Shown piece after piece: positions 28,740-37,986 of a stretch of 64,000 nt of DNA. Location: the IMG/VR virus record IMGVR_UViG_3300005095_000072, positions 1 through 64,000 of that record. One strand, written 5' to 3'. Made by a program: the position numbers and the translations under genes. Below the pieces are notes generated by a model. It searched no databases, had not been told where the DNA came from, and saw nothing but the letters and a program-made list of their open reading frames with translations. Every line of letters begins with the position of its first letter. The first letter of the stretch is position 1. Origin of the DNA: a virus.

Positions 28740-29570
28740 ATGTTAAGATTTATAAGATACCAACTTTTTAAACATTTTAATTTATATAGAAGTGAGTTCA
28801 TCACAACTAGAGCTTTAGTCCCTATTAAGTTATTTGATGAAAAGTATTTAAAGAATGAAATAGATAGATATATTTTAAGTGAAAAGGTCGATAAACTTCA
28901 AAAGAAAAAAGAAAAGCTAGTTAAAGAAACTAAAGAGTTAGAGCAGGGGTTATCTCATTTTAAAGGTAAAGTAGATAAAGAACTGTTTGATTTAATGAAG
29001 CAGTATTTAGAGTTAAGAGAGAAATTAGCTACCTCTAAAGAAGATTTAGAAGATATACAAAAAATGAAAGAAGACTTTTTAAATCAAGATAGTAGTAATA
29101 AAAAACAAAAAACTATAAAAAAGAAACCTAAATATGAAAAGAAAACTAAATTATATAAACATCTTGCTAGTATATATCATCCAGATAAAGCACCAAAAGA
29201 TAAGAAAGATTTGTATAAAGATATATTTATAGAACTTAATGAAATTTATAGATTAGGTGATTATAAGGCTTTAGTGAAGTTTCAAAAAAGAGTTAAACAG
29301 ATGTTATTTAAAAGTAAAAGAGTTTCTTTTTTAAGGAAAGTATTAAAGCAGTTAAAACAAGAGATAGCTATGTATTCTAAACAACTGGAAGAAGCTAAGA
29401 AGACTGAAATATATAAAAATTATATTATGTGTAAGGATAATCCTTATTATATGAGTGTGTATATCAGAAAAGAGAGACATAAGTTACAAAGAACTATAGA
29501 AGAATTAGAAAATATTTATTACAGCTCAATAAGAAATAGTATTACAAGATATGAGTATAACATTTTGTAA
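28740..29570 (+). CDS. coiled-coil protein with internal J-domain (DnaJ-like)
   Basis: LYKHLASIYHPDK....FIELNEIY (HPD motif). Confidence 0.7.
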   Translation: MLRFIRYQLFKHFNLYRSEFITTRALVPIKLFDEKYLKNEIDRYILSEKVDKLQKKKEKLVKETKELEQGLSHFKGKVDKELFDLMKQYLELREKLATSKEDLEDIQKMKEDFLNQDSSNKKQKTIKKKPKYEKKTKLYKHLASIYHPDKAPKDKKDLYKDIFIELNEIYRLGDYKALVKFQKRVKQMLFKSKRVSFLRKVLKQLKQEIAMYSKQLEEAKKTEIYKNYIMCKDNPYYMSVYIRKERHKLQRTIEELENIYYSSIRNSITRYEYNIL

Positions 29571-29580
29571 AGGATTAAGT

Positions 29581-30000
29581 ATGGATAAGAACAAAACCAT
29601 AGATGAAAATATAAAGATAAGAGAAAGATGGAATAATCTTATAGGAACTGATGTTAGATACCACTTTGGAGAGTGGGTGTTTAATACAGAACCTAATTTA
29701 AAAGATTCTCAATATTTTGTTATAGAGGATATAGAGAAGAGAGAAATACTTGGTGGAGTTCTTTTTGTAGTTAAAAATGACCATATTTTTATAGATAAGA
29801 TATATTCAACTACAAAAGGTTATGGAACTAAGTTACTCGATATAGTTATAGCTATCAGTAGAACTATGTATAATAATTTACCTATTTTATTAAAGGTATA
29901 TAATGATAATGTCTTAGGGTTTTATCTTAAGAATTATTTTAAAATAAAAGATGTACGAAATGATTATAAGCTCATGGAGTATTTTAAAGATTCTAAATAA
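29581..30000 (+). CDS. GNAT-family acetyltransferase
   Basis: KGYGTKLL motif A; L.V..DNVLGFYLKNYF motif B. Confidence 0.7.
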   Translation: MDKNKTIDENIKIRERWNNLIGTDVRYHFGEWVFNTEPNLKDSQYFVIEDIEKREILGGVLFVVKNDHIFIDKIYSTTKGYGTKLLDIVIAISRTMYNNLPILLKVYNDNVLGFYLKNYFKIKDVRNDYKLMEYFKDSK

Positions 30001-30011
30001 AAGGAAGAACT

Positions 30012-30692
30012 ATGGAAGTTGGAACTCAAGAATATCTTGTCAATGATATAGAAACTGTAATTAAATACATCGGTGAAAAGATTGGTGTAGATTATGAAGT
30101 AACTTTAGACAATGAAGATAGCAGTAGAGGTAGTATAGTAATTTTTGAGTTAGAAGAGGAGGAGCATTTAGCTTTGAGAAACTTCATAAGTAAAAATAGC
30201 TTATGGTTAGAGGATAACAAACAAGATGATAGTATTAGGTTTAAACTTTTAGAAAGACGAGTTTCCTATAAAGAAGCACTTGAGATATGTTCTGAACAAG
30301 GTTGGAGATTAATCTCTAAAAATGATATAGATAATCCAAAATTAATAGAGCTATTGAGAGAGAAACAACCTAAAAATTTTATATGGTGCAAGGAAGAAGC
30401 ACCTAGAAAATCTGAGTGGGATTCTATGGTAGCTACTCATCAATATGCTATATATTTTGAAAATGATAAGATTGAACTGTGTGATATATCTCCTCTGAGG
30501 TTAGAAAGAGTCATTGTAAAGATAGACAAGAATAAAGTTAATATAGGTGATAAGGTAGTACATAATAACAAAATAAAGACAGTAACTCATATAGTATATA
30601 GAGTAGAAGATTTAACAGAAATATATAGATTAAACAGTGAAGACGAGTGGTTAAAAAGAAGTGAGTTCATAACTAAAGAGGATTTAAGATGA
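30012..30692 (+). CDS. hypothetical protein
   Basis: AAGGA RBS. Confidence 0.6.
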   Translation: MEVGTQEYLVNDIETVIKYIGEKIGVDYEVTLDNEDSSRGSIVIFELEEEEHLALRNFISKNSLWLEDNKQDDSIRFKLLERRVSYKEALEICSEQGWRLISKNDIDNPKLIELLREKQPKNFIWCKEEAPRKSEWDSMVATHQYAIYFENDKIELCDISPLRLERVIVKIDKNKVNIGDKVVHNNKIKTVTHIVYRVEDLTEIYRLNSEDEWLKRSEFITKEDLR

Positions 30693-30928
30693 AAAAAGCT
30701 AAAAATAGAACAGTAAGCATCGATGAGATTATAGACTTCTTAGATGAGAATAATTTTAGTTATATGTTGAACTTAGGTTATGTTAGTGGTATAGGTATAA
30801 ATGTTTTAAGAATAAAATTTTATGATAAAGATGGAGAACCTATAAACGATTTAAGGTTTATTATAGATGTATATCAAGATGTAATAGAACAGTTACAAAG
30901 TGAGTTAAAAAGGAACGGATTATTATGA
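30689..30928 (+). CDS. hypothetical protein
   Basis: GAGGA RBS, coupled. Confidence 0.55.
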   Translation: MKKAKNRTVSIDEIIDFLDENNFSYMLNLGYVSGIGINVLRIKFYDKDGEPINDLRFIIDVYQDVIEQLQSELKRNGLL

Positions 30929-31290
30929 TATATGTTAGCAATTTTGCTAGTCTTAGAAAGATAGACAAAGATAATAAATATAAAGATTTAGAAAGAGTTG
31001 CTATTGTTAGGTATAAGTTAAAATTCTTAGATAATTTTTCTAATTTGAAGTTCGATAGATTTATAGCTCCAAGTTCAAGATTGTTAGATGAGTTTAAAGC
31101 ATGTAAAGTAAATCAAGATTTTTATAAGAGAGTTTATTTAAAGAAGTTAGATAAGATAGGTCATAAAAAGTTATATAGTAGATATAAGAATAAAATCTTG
31201 TTATGTTATTGTGGTAAAGGTAAATTTTGTCATAGATATTTGTTTATGGATTATATGCTTAAAAATGGTTATAATGTTAAGGAAATATAA
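30925..31290 (+). CDS. DUF488-like protein
   Basis: IAPS..LL...Y...LLCYC....FCHR motif. Confidence 0.7.
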   Translation: MIYVSNFASLRKIDKDNKYKDLERVAIVRYKLKFLDNFSNLKFDRFIAPSSRLLDEFKACKVNQDFYKRVYLKKLDKIGHKKLYSRYKNKILLCYCGKGKFCHRYLFMDYMLKNGYNVKEI

Positions 31291-31319
31291 TCTTATAGAA
31301 AATTCAAAATTATATTAGA

Positions 31320-31353
31320 TTTAAGCTAGTTTTAAGAATTAGTATGGTATAAT
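31320..31353 (+). promoter_or_regulatory. host sigma70-type promoter (Campylobacterota style)
   Basis: TTTAAGctagtTTTAAG...TGgTATAAT. Confidence 0.75.
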
Positions 31354-31771
31354 TATCTTAGATAAAGAGGTAAAAGGCTTTATCTATGTTCTTTATCTTT
31401 ATGGTGTTTAGAGAAATTTTATAAGCTAGTATGCTTATATGAAGATTTAAGTAAATCCAAATCATCTAAGCTTTAGGTGGTGGGGTGTTAAATTGGATTA
31501 TAAGAGGAAATCTTATAAAAGAGTATCAAAGCTTAAGAGGTTTAATAAAAGCTCTTATATCTCAATTCTATTAAGATATAATGGTAAATCTTTTGAGTAT
31601 TCAAGCATTATAAAGATAGTGTTATTTAAAAATTTAATGTTAATTGGAAATATCCTTTATAAGGCTAGTTCCTTAGTCATAAAAAATATCTATCTATTTA
31701 TGCTTATTTTTATAAGTAGGTATAGATAGGTTAAATCCTAAAATTTTAAAAATTCTTATAAGGAGCAAATT
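31354..31771 (+). ncRNA. structured 5' leader B (homologous to leader A), with boxA-like motifs and the 5' arm of a long-range stem
   Basis: Shares ordered blocks with leader A; 31643-31678 is complementary to 32589-32624. Confidence 0.65.
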
Positions 31772-32581
31772 ATGGCAGAGAAAAAAGGAACTAGTTTAGT
31801 AGGTAAAGTTGTTGAAGTTGGTGGAAAAGAGTATAAAGTCATCGATGAAACAAAAAGTGTTCTTAAATGTGAGGATTCAAAAGGTGTTACAAAAAATATC
31901 TTAAAGAAAGCAAAAGCATTTAAAAGCTTAAAAATCATTGGTGATGCAGAAGCTCATGAGGCTAAAGAAACAAAAAAACCTACAAAAGAGGAGAAAGAGG
32001 TCGAGAAAAAATCATCTCCAAAAGCTGAGGTAAAACCTGTTGCTAAAGAGATAGACCCTGATGAGTGGGATAAGGAAAGTGGAAAACTTCTCTTAGAAGC
32101 TGAAGCAGAGGGGCAAGATAGTCCAGACTTCCTTTATGAGAGTTATCGTCATGTTGAGTTTTGGGTATATTCAATCCAAAGAGCTACAAAGGCTCAGAGA
32201 GTAGAATATATAAAAGCAAAGCTCAAAAAAGAGGGTAAAAATAGTCCATTTGGATTAATGTTATCTTCTTATAAAAGAGGTAACAAAATCAATCTTGATA
32301 GAGCGAAGCTCATCGATATGGTTTTAGTTGATAGAGTGCAAGAAGGTAAAAGAGTCAAAAAGCTAAATGTTGCTAAAATCATGGAAGAGCTTGATAAGCT
32401 TAAAGGTAGAAGTAGAAGCAAAATCAAGAGAGAAGAGTATGAAAGACTTATTCATCTTGTTCCTGATGACGGTATCGATGGTTTTCAAGGTTGGGCTTTC
32501 TATATGATAAGTGGAGAGTTTTACAGAGATATAGGTCTTAAGCTTACAACTAAAGAGCTTGAAGCTTTTGATTTATATTAA
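31772..32581 (+). CDS. hypothetical early protein (distant paralogue of 33749..35089)
   Basis: Strong AAGGAG RBS; small N-terminal beta domain plus K/E-rich linker. Confidence 0.7.
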   Translation: MAEKKGTSLVGKVVEVGGKEYKVIDETKSVLKCEDSKGVTKNILKKAKAFKSLKIIGDAEAHEAKETKKPTKEEKEVEKKSSPKAEVKPVAKEIDPDEWDKESGKLLLEAEAEGQDSPDFLYESYRHVEFWVYSIQRATKAQRVEYIKAKLKKEGKNSPFGLMLSSYKRGNKINLDRAKLIDMVLVDRVQEGKRVKKLNVAKIMEELDKLKGRSRSKIKREEYERLIHLVPDDGIDGFQGWAFYMISGEFYRDIGLKLTTKELEAFDLY

Positions 32582-32588
32582 GATATAA

Positions 32589-32624
32589 GGCTAGGGAGCT
32601 AGTCTTATAAAGGATATTTTCAAT
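32589..32624 (+). other. 3' arm of long-range stem B (inverted repeat of 31643-31678)
   Basis: 36 contiguous pairs: 31 Watson-Crick plus 5 G-U. Confidence 0.85.
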
Positions 32625-32650
32625 ATTCTAAAAATTCTAAGGAGTAAATC

Positions 32651-33289
32651 ATGAGTTTAAAAGTTAGAAAGTTAGGTGACTATGGTTGGGCTGTATATAA
32701 AGATAGTAAAGTAGAATTTACTGTTAATGGTTTAACTGACCTAGTAGATAATCTAAGGAATATAGGGTTAGAGGATAAAGCAATAAACTCTATGATAGAT
32801 GAAGCTAACCTATTTGCTAATAAATGGTATATGGGTATAGATTTAGAGTCAGATGGAGTTTATCCTGATGAACCTACCTATGTTGATTGGATATATGAAT
32901 ATGAGAAGTTTAATGATAAGTTCGGCTATAAAGATTGGAGAGAGCTTAGGTTAGCTTTAGCAAAAACTGACTATAGTAAGCTGTCTGATATAGAAAAACA
33001 AGCTTATGGAAAGTGGGAAGTCTATGAAATAGAGGAGAAAACTGCTACAGCTTGTTTTGGCTGTGTTAAAAGTATGGCTAAGGTTGTTAGTTTAGGAAAT
33101 ATGCAAAAAGTTATAAGCTCCATCCCTAAAGAGTATCATAGCTTACCTGTAACATTGGATTTGGATAGAGATTACACTTGGAGTGAAGTAGAGAGAATCT
33201 TTGTAGTTTCTAAGGGGGATTTAGAATTAAATGAATGTAGTTTCTTTATGTATGAAGGCTGTCAAGTTATCATTGAAGGAGGTGCATAA
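32651..33289 (+). CDS. hypothetical early protein
   Basis: AAGGAG RBS. Confidence 0.65.
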   Translation: MSLKVRKLGDYGWAVYKDSKVEFTVNGLTDLVDNLRNIGLEDKAINSMIDEANLFANKWYMGIDLESDGVYPDEPTYVDWIYEYEKFNDKFGYKDWRELRLALAKTDYSKLSDIEKQAYGKWEVYEIEEKTATACFGCVKSMAKVVSLGNMQKVISSIPKEYHSLPVTLDLDRDYTWSEVERIFVVSKGDLELNECSFFMYEGCQVIIEGGA

Positions 33290-33294
33290 AGCTT

Positions 33295-33325
33295 AAGGTT
33301 AGATGATTTCTCACCTAACCTTTTT
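33295..33325 (+). terminator. intrinsic terminator
   Basis: AAGGTTAGATGA-tttc-TCACCTAACCTT plus T tract. Confidence 0.6.
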
Positions 33326-33352
33326 AATTAGTAAAAGTAGAAAGGAAAAAAG

Positions 33353-33694
33353 ATGTATCAAGTGAAAATAGTTAAAGATTTAAAAACTATAACTTTATTA
33401 GGTAGAACTAAGAAAGATGTACTGCAACAAGTTCAAACACTAAATCTTGCAAGTTTATTTGCAGAACAAAAAGCTGAGGTAAAACCTTTAAAAGTCATTG
33501 TAGAAGCTGAAAGTGATTCTAATGTTACAATGGTTTCTTACATAGATAATAAAGAAAAAGCTAAAGAGTATGTTAAAACTTACGGGTTAGGTGAGATATA
33601 TTCTATTTTAGAGTTTAATAATAAAGTTAAAAAATATCAAAACAATGAAGGTGTAGTTAAATCTGTACAAATATGTAAGGTTAAAAGTTTATAA
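33353..33694 (+). CDS. hypothetical protein
   Basis: AAGGA RBS. Confidence 0.6.
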   Translation: MYQVKIVKDLKTITLLGRTKKDVLQQVQTLNLASLFAEQKAEVKPLKVIVEAESDSNVTMVSYIDNKEKAKEYVKTYGLGEIYSILEFNNKVKKYQNNEGVVKSVQICKVKSL

Positions 33695-33748
33695 AAAGAC
33701 TTTGTATAAAATACAGTAGCTAAATAAATAAGAACAGGAGGTATATAT

Positions 33749-35089
33749 GTGGAAGAACTAAAAGAGTTAAAAGTTGGTGAGAAATTTAAGTATCTATCTC
33801 AAGAATACGAGATAGTAGATATAACCGACAGTGGGGTGATGATACAAAGAGTTAAAAGGTTAGATAATGAGTTAGCTATATTTGTTAAGTTCAACTCAGA
33901 GAGATTTTATAAGGTATTTAAAGAGTTCAATATAGAGAACTTAGAAATACCTGATGTAGAGGACGGAGATGATGAAGGCTTAGATGTAGAGCTTGTTAAG
34001 ATGAATGAAGAAACAAAGGAATGGGAAAGTGACCCTTATTTAAAGTTTCTTTTTATGCTACAAAAAAGCAACACGAAGTTAGAAAACAGAAAAGAGGTTA
34101 CGGCTTACTTAAAGGAAGAACTTTTAAAAGATGATGAATTGAAGTTCTATCGTAGGCTAGTTATGGAGTTATGGCTTAGAAGAGCAGGTCTTATAGCTTT
34201 TGACAGAGATATTTTGTATAAGGCTATTGAAAAGGTAAAGAGAAGACCTGAAAGTTACTCCTCTTTAGAGATAGTAAATAATCTTTTAAAGCAGGTAGAT
34301 AAGCACTTAAACAGAGGAGAACCTTTAACACTAAAAGAAGCTAAAGAGCTTGTTAAGTATCTACCTTATGAAGCTGAAGATATAGTAGTCTTAATGCTAG
34401 ATGGATTTGATACAGGTGACGAGTTGTGGCTAACAGATTTAACTGTTGAGAAATTGTTAAAAGAGACATCTCATATAGCAGAACAAAGTAAAGGTGGTTC
34501 AATAAAAGAGCCTGACAATGTATATAATAAAGATAGCAAAATAAAAATTGCTAGAATCAAAAATTTTAAGAAGGAGATAGAAGAGATGGGACTAGAAAGT
34601 TTGTCAGATAAAACAGTAGCAGAAATGCTAAAAGCTTTAGAAGAAGAGGCAGATAAAAGAGGTCTGTTTGAAGATGAAGAATCAGAGGAAACAGAAGATG
34701 AGGGGCTTGAGGAAGAGCTAGACGATGATGAAGATGACGAGGAAATCGAAGAGGAAGCAGAAGATGAAGACTTTGAGCCTTATACAAAAGAGGAGCTTGA
34801 AGAGCTAGAGTTAGATGAACTTATTGAGATAGCAGAAGAAGACTTCGAGTTAAGTGTTCCAAAAAAAGCTAAAAAAGCAAAAGTTATAAAAATGATACTT
34901 GATGCACAAGAAGAAGAGCCTGAAGAGGAAGACATAGAAGATGAGGATGAAGAAGAGCTTGAAATGCCTGATTTTGAGAGTATGTCTTTAAGAGAGCTTA
35001 GAAAAGAAGCTAAAGAAGAGGGGATAGATATAAAAGGTCTATCAAAAGATGAATTGATTGAAGAGCTAAAAGCTTTATATGAAGAGTAG
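33749..35089 (+). CDS. acidic protein with two C-terminal Rho-N-like (helix-extension-helix) domains
   Basis: ELEELELDELIEIAEE..KAKVIKMIL and FESMSLRELRKEAKEEGI..LSKDELIEEL separated by D/E tracts; AGGAGG RBS, GTG start. Confidence 0.65.
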   Translation: MEELKELKVGEKFKYLSQEYEIVDITDSGVMIQRVKRLDNELAIFVKFNSERFYKVFKEFNIENLEIPDVEDGDDEGLDVELVKMNEETKEWESDPYLKFLFMLQKSNTKLENRKEVTAYLKEELLKDDELKFYRRLVMELWLRRAGLIAFDRDILYKAIEKVKRRPESYSSLEIVNNLLKQVDKHLNRGEPLTLKEAKELVKYLPYEAEDIVVLMLDGFDTGDELWLTDLTVEKLLKETSHIAEQSKGGSIKEPDNVYNKDSKIKIARIKNFKKEIEEMGLESLSDKTVAEMLKALEEEADKRGLFEDEESEETEDEGLEEELDDDEDDEEIEEEAEDEDFEPYTKEELEELELDELIEIAEEDFELSVPKKAKKAKVIKMILDAQEEEPEEEDIEDEDEEELEMPDFESMSLRELRKEAKEEGIDIKGLSKDELIEELKALYEE

Positions 35090-35139
35090 CAGATAGTTTA
35101 AAAGGTTAGCAATAGCAGGTATATAAAATGCACAATCAT

Positions 35140-35173
35140 CTCTTAGAGGGATAATCTCCCTCTAAGAGCTTTT
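35140..35173 (+). terminator. intrinsic terminator
   Basis: Perfect 12-bp stem CTCTTAGAGGGA/TCCCTCTAAGAG plus T tract. Confidence 0.7.
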
Positions 35174-35240
35174 ACAAAGTTTATTATTTAAATAGATTTT
35201 GTAAAGGAAATATAAATACAAGACGATGAGGTAAAGAACA

Positions 35241-35999
35241 ATGGCTAAGATAGATTTAGATGAATTGAAAAGAATAAGAGAGAAGTATCAAAAACAATTT
35301 ACAGAGCTTAGTGAAGTAATGAAAGCTTTAAAAGAGGATTCAGAGGTTAATTATAACAAAGCTAAAAAAGAGATTGAAAAATATAACAACACTTCTCTAA
35401 CATTAGCTAGTGTTACAGATAGAGTAATTAATAAGCATAAGAACTCTTTAAATGGGTTGAAAGACATACATAATAGTCTGTTTAATATTCAAAAAATAAG
35501 TGAACTGTTTAGAGCTGTGTATATAATAAGAGATACAGAGATATTGTCGGATGCTAAGAATTTATGGGATAATATCTCAGTTGAGTTCTCAGGAGACTTA
35601 GAAGTCGTAGAGCTGTTAAATACAAACACGGCAATAGAAAGAGAGCTGTATTATATCTTTAGAGGGGAGTATAGTAACTATTCCTATATAAGAGCATATA
35701 GTCAAAATTTAGATAATCTTGTTAAGTATATAGATAATCAAATATATGGGTTAAATCGTCTTGATAATCTTATTCAAAAGTTAGAGGGGATTAAGTTCAA
35801 TGAGATGTTTGCTGATGGCTCAGAGGGGAGCACTAATGTAGATGAGTATTCAGTCAGTATGTCAGATATTGATGAAGATGACTATAATACAACTTCATCT
35901 GTTTCTAAACCAAAAGCTAAAAGTAGAGAATCTATAAAGAAAACTAGAAAATCAAGACCTTCTTTAGGTAAAAGATTAAGAAGAGTCAAAGATGAGTAA
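35241..35999 (+). CDS. hypothetical helical protein
   Basis: GAGG RBS; coiled-coil with a basic tail. Confidence 0.6.
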   Translation: MAKIDLDELKRIREKYQKQFTELSEVMKALKEDSEVNYNKAKKEIEKYNNTSLTLASVTDRVINKHKNSLNGLKDIHNSLFNIQKISELFRAVYIIRDTEILSDAKNLWDNISVEFSGDLEVVELLNTNTAIERELYYIFRGEYSNYSYIRAYSQNLDNLVKYIDNQIYGLNRLDNLIQKLEGIKFNEMFADGSEGSTNVDEYSVSMSDIDEDDYNTTSSVSKPKAKSRESIKKTRKSRPSLGKRLRRVKDE

Positions 36000-36001
36000 A
36001 T

Positions 36002-37363
36002 ATGAATAGAACTAATAGAGCTACCTCAGAAGAACTTACTAAGTTATTAGTAGATAAGCTTGTTAAAGAGTTAAAGGAAGGACAGGATTTATTTCTTACA
36101 GGCTCAGGGGGAGTTGGAAAATCATATATAACTAGATTAATTGTTAAAGAGTTCAAAAGTCCAACTATCTTAGGTAGCACTAATCAGTCAGCTTTGAATA
36201 TAAATGGAGCAACTTTACATAAGGTGTTTAAGTTAGAAACCTGCAAAAATATCAAGCAGTTAAAGGCTTATGACAGAGATAAAATAAAGAAGTTACAAGC
36301 TAGATATAACAGAAGTGAAGAGATTGTTAAGGAGTGGCATTTCAGACCTATAAAAGAGGTCTTAAATAAAACAGACTTAATTTTAATAGATGAAATATCC
36401 ATGATAAGTAAAGACACTTTTGATTTGTTTATATACAGACTAAAATCTTTAGCAGATAAGAAAATCCCTATATTGGTTGTAGGGGATTTTTATCAGTTAC
36501 CACCTGTTAATTCAGATTTAGCTTTTCTTAGTAAATATTGGAAATTCAAAACTTATGAGTTAGCAGTTATAAAGAGAACTAATGAAGTTAAGTTCAGTAA
36601 AGCTCAAATTGCGATTAGAGAGGGGAAAAAGTCCAAGCTAGTAAAATCATTAATAGATGTGTTATCTTCTCGTAAAACAGCTCCTAGTGGTGATGCTTTG
36701 AGGTTATATCCTTTAAATAAGCAAGTAAAAGCTTATAATGCTAAGAAGTTAAAAGAGCTTGAAGAGAAATCTAATAATATTGTATATACTTTCAAAACAG
36801 AGTTAGTGTTTAAGGAAGATTATATACCTAATTTTAGGGTGGATAGTTTTATAAACTCTTTACAAGTGAAAGACAGTATTAAGCTAGTAGTAGGAGCTAG
36901 AATATTGTTTATAGCAACTTATGATGGATTATATTACAATGGAGAAAGAGGAACTATCTTAGATATAAACACAGTAACAGGAGTTATAAGAGTTAAAAAA
37001 GATAATGGTAGTATTGTAGAGGTTGAAAGATTTATATTTTCAGATAAAACATATACGGTAGTAGATGGTAAGCTAACTCTTAAAAAAGAAATTGAAGTAT
37101 CTCAGTATCCTATGATATTAGCTTATGCTGTTACTATTCATAAAACACAAGGAATGACTATTGACTCACAAATAGTAATAGATTGTAAAAATTTGTTTGC
37201 TGAAGGACAGTTTTATGTAGCTATATCAAGAGCAACTAGATTAAAGAACATATATTTAAAAGATGTTGATATAAATAAGCATATCAGACCTAATATAAAG
37301 GTAAAGCAGTTTTATAATAAGTTGAAAAAGAATAATCAACTTATAAGGTTGGAGAATTATTAA
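36002..37363 (+). CDS. PIF1/RecD-like SF1B helicase
   Basis: TGSGGVGKS, NGATLH, LIDEISM, VGDFYQLPPV, LAYAVTIHKTQGMT, YVAISRA. Confidence 0.9.
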   Translation: MNRTNRATSEELTKLLVDKLVKELKEGQDLFLTGSGGVGKSYITRLIVKEFKSPTILGSTNQSALNINGATLHKVFKLETCKNIKQLKAYDRDKIKKLQARYNRSEEIVKEWHFRPIKEVLNKTDLILIDEISMISKDTFDLFIYRLKSLADKKIPILVVGDFYQLPPVNSDLAFLSKYWKFKTYELAVIKRTNEVKFSKAQIAIREGKKSKLVKSLIDVLSSRKTAPSGDALRLYPLNKQVKAYNAKKLKELEEKSNNIVYTFKTELVFKEDYIPNFRVDSFINSLQVKDSIKLVVGARILFIATYDGLYYNGERGTILDINTVTGVIRVKKDNGSIVEVERFIFSDKTYTVVDGKLTLKKEIEVSQYPMILAYAVTIHKTQGMTIDSQIVIDCKNLFAEGQFYVAISRATRLKNIYLKDVDINKHIRPNIKVKQFYNKLKKNNQLIRLENY

Positions 37364-37387
37364 ATATTTTATAAATTGAGGTAAGAA

Positions 37388-37924
37388 ATGAACAAAGAAA
37401 AACAGATACAAGAGTATAAAGATAGAATGAAAAATATAACAACTGTAGCTTCAAGAAGAACTGGTTTAATTCTTGGTTATAGAGTTAGAATGTCTGTTAA
37501 TGGTAAAGAGCATAGAAAATCTTTTAATATAAGTGAATACAATTCAGTTTCATTGGCTTTAGATGAAGCTAAAAAGTATAGAGATAATTTGTTAAGTAAA
37601 AGAAAAACAAGAGAAGCACAGATAAGTAGTAGAACAGGTTATCCTAATATGACCATAAAAATAGATAAAGATAATTATTCTTTATTGGTTGTTTATGGTA
37701 GAGGTAGAGAGAAAGCATTTAGCATAGACCAGTATGGTTATAAAGTTGCTATGATACAAGGAGCTATATGGTTAAAGAACACTTTTAAGAATGTAAAATA
37801 TACAGAAGGATTATGGGATAATTTATCCACTAGAGTTGGTATGCTATATTTGAAAGATAGACTACCTAAAGAAAAATATGATAACATATTAGAAAAGACA
37901 CAGTTCTCTAATTCTGTAATGTAA
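37388..37924 (+). CDS. AP2-domain-like DNA-binding protein
   Basis: YRVRMSVNGKEHRKSF....Y......ALDEAKKYR, plus a second degenerate copy. Confidence 0.6.
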   Translation: MNKEKQIQEYKDRMKNITTVASRRTGLILGYRVRMSVNGKEHRKSFNISEYNSVSLALDEAKKYRDNLLSKRKTREAQISSRTGYPNMTIKIDKDNYSLLVVYGRGREKAFSIDQYGYKVAMIQGAIWLKNTFKNVKYTEGLWDNLSTRVGMLYLKDRLPKEKYDNILEKTQFSNSVM

Positions 37925-37986
37925 TTAAAGGTAGAACTGTGTATAATAGTATGTATATTAAAAATAAATCTAAAAAAGGAGAAAGT

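Noticed and set aside
31493-31729. 78-aa ORF in the ORF track inside leader B
   Set aside because: TTG start with a poorly placed RBS; no counterpart in homologous leader A; the region is better explained by RNA structure.
34670-34960. GAA/GAT-rich quasi-repeats (also 38680-38790)
   Set aside because: They simply encode acidic low-complexity linkers.
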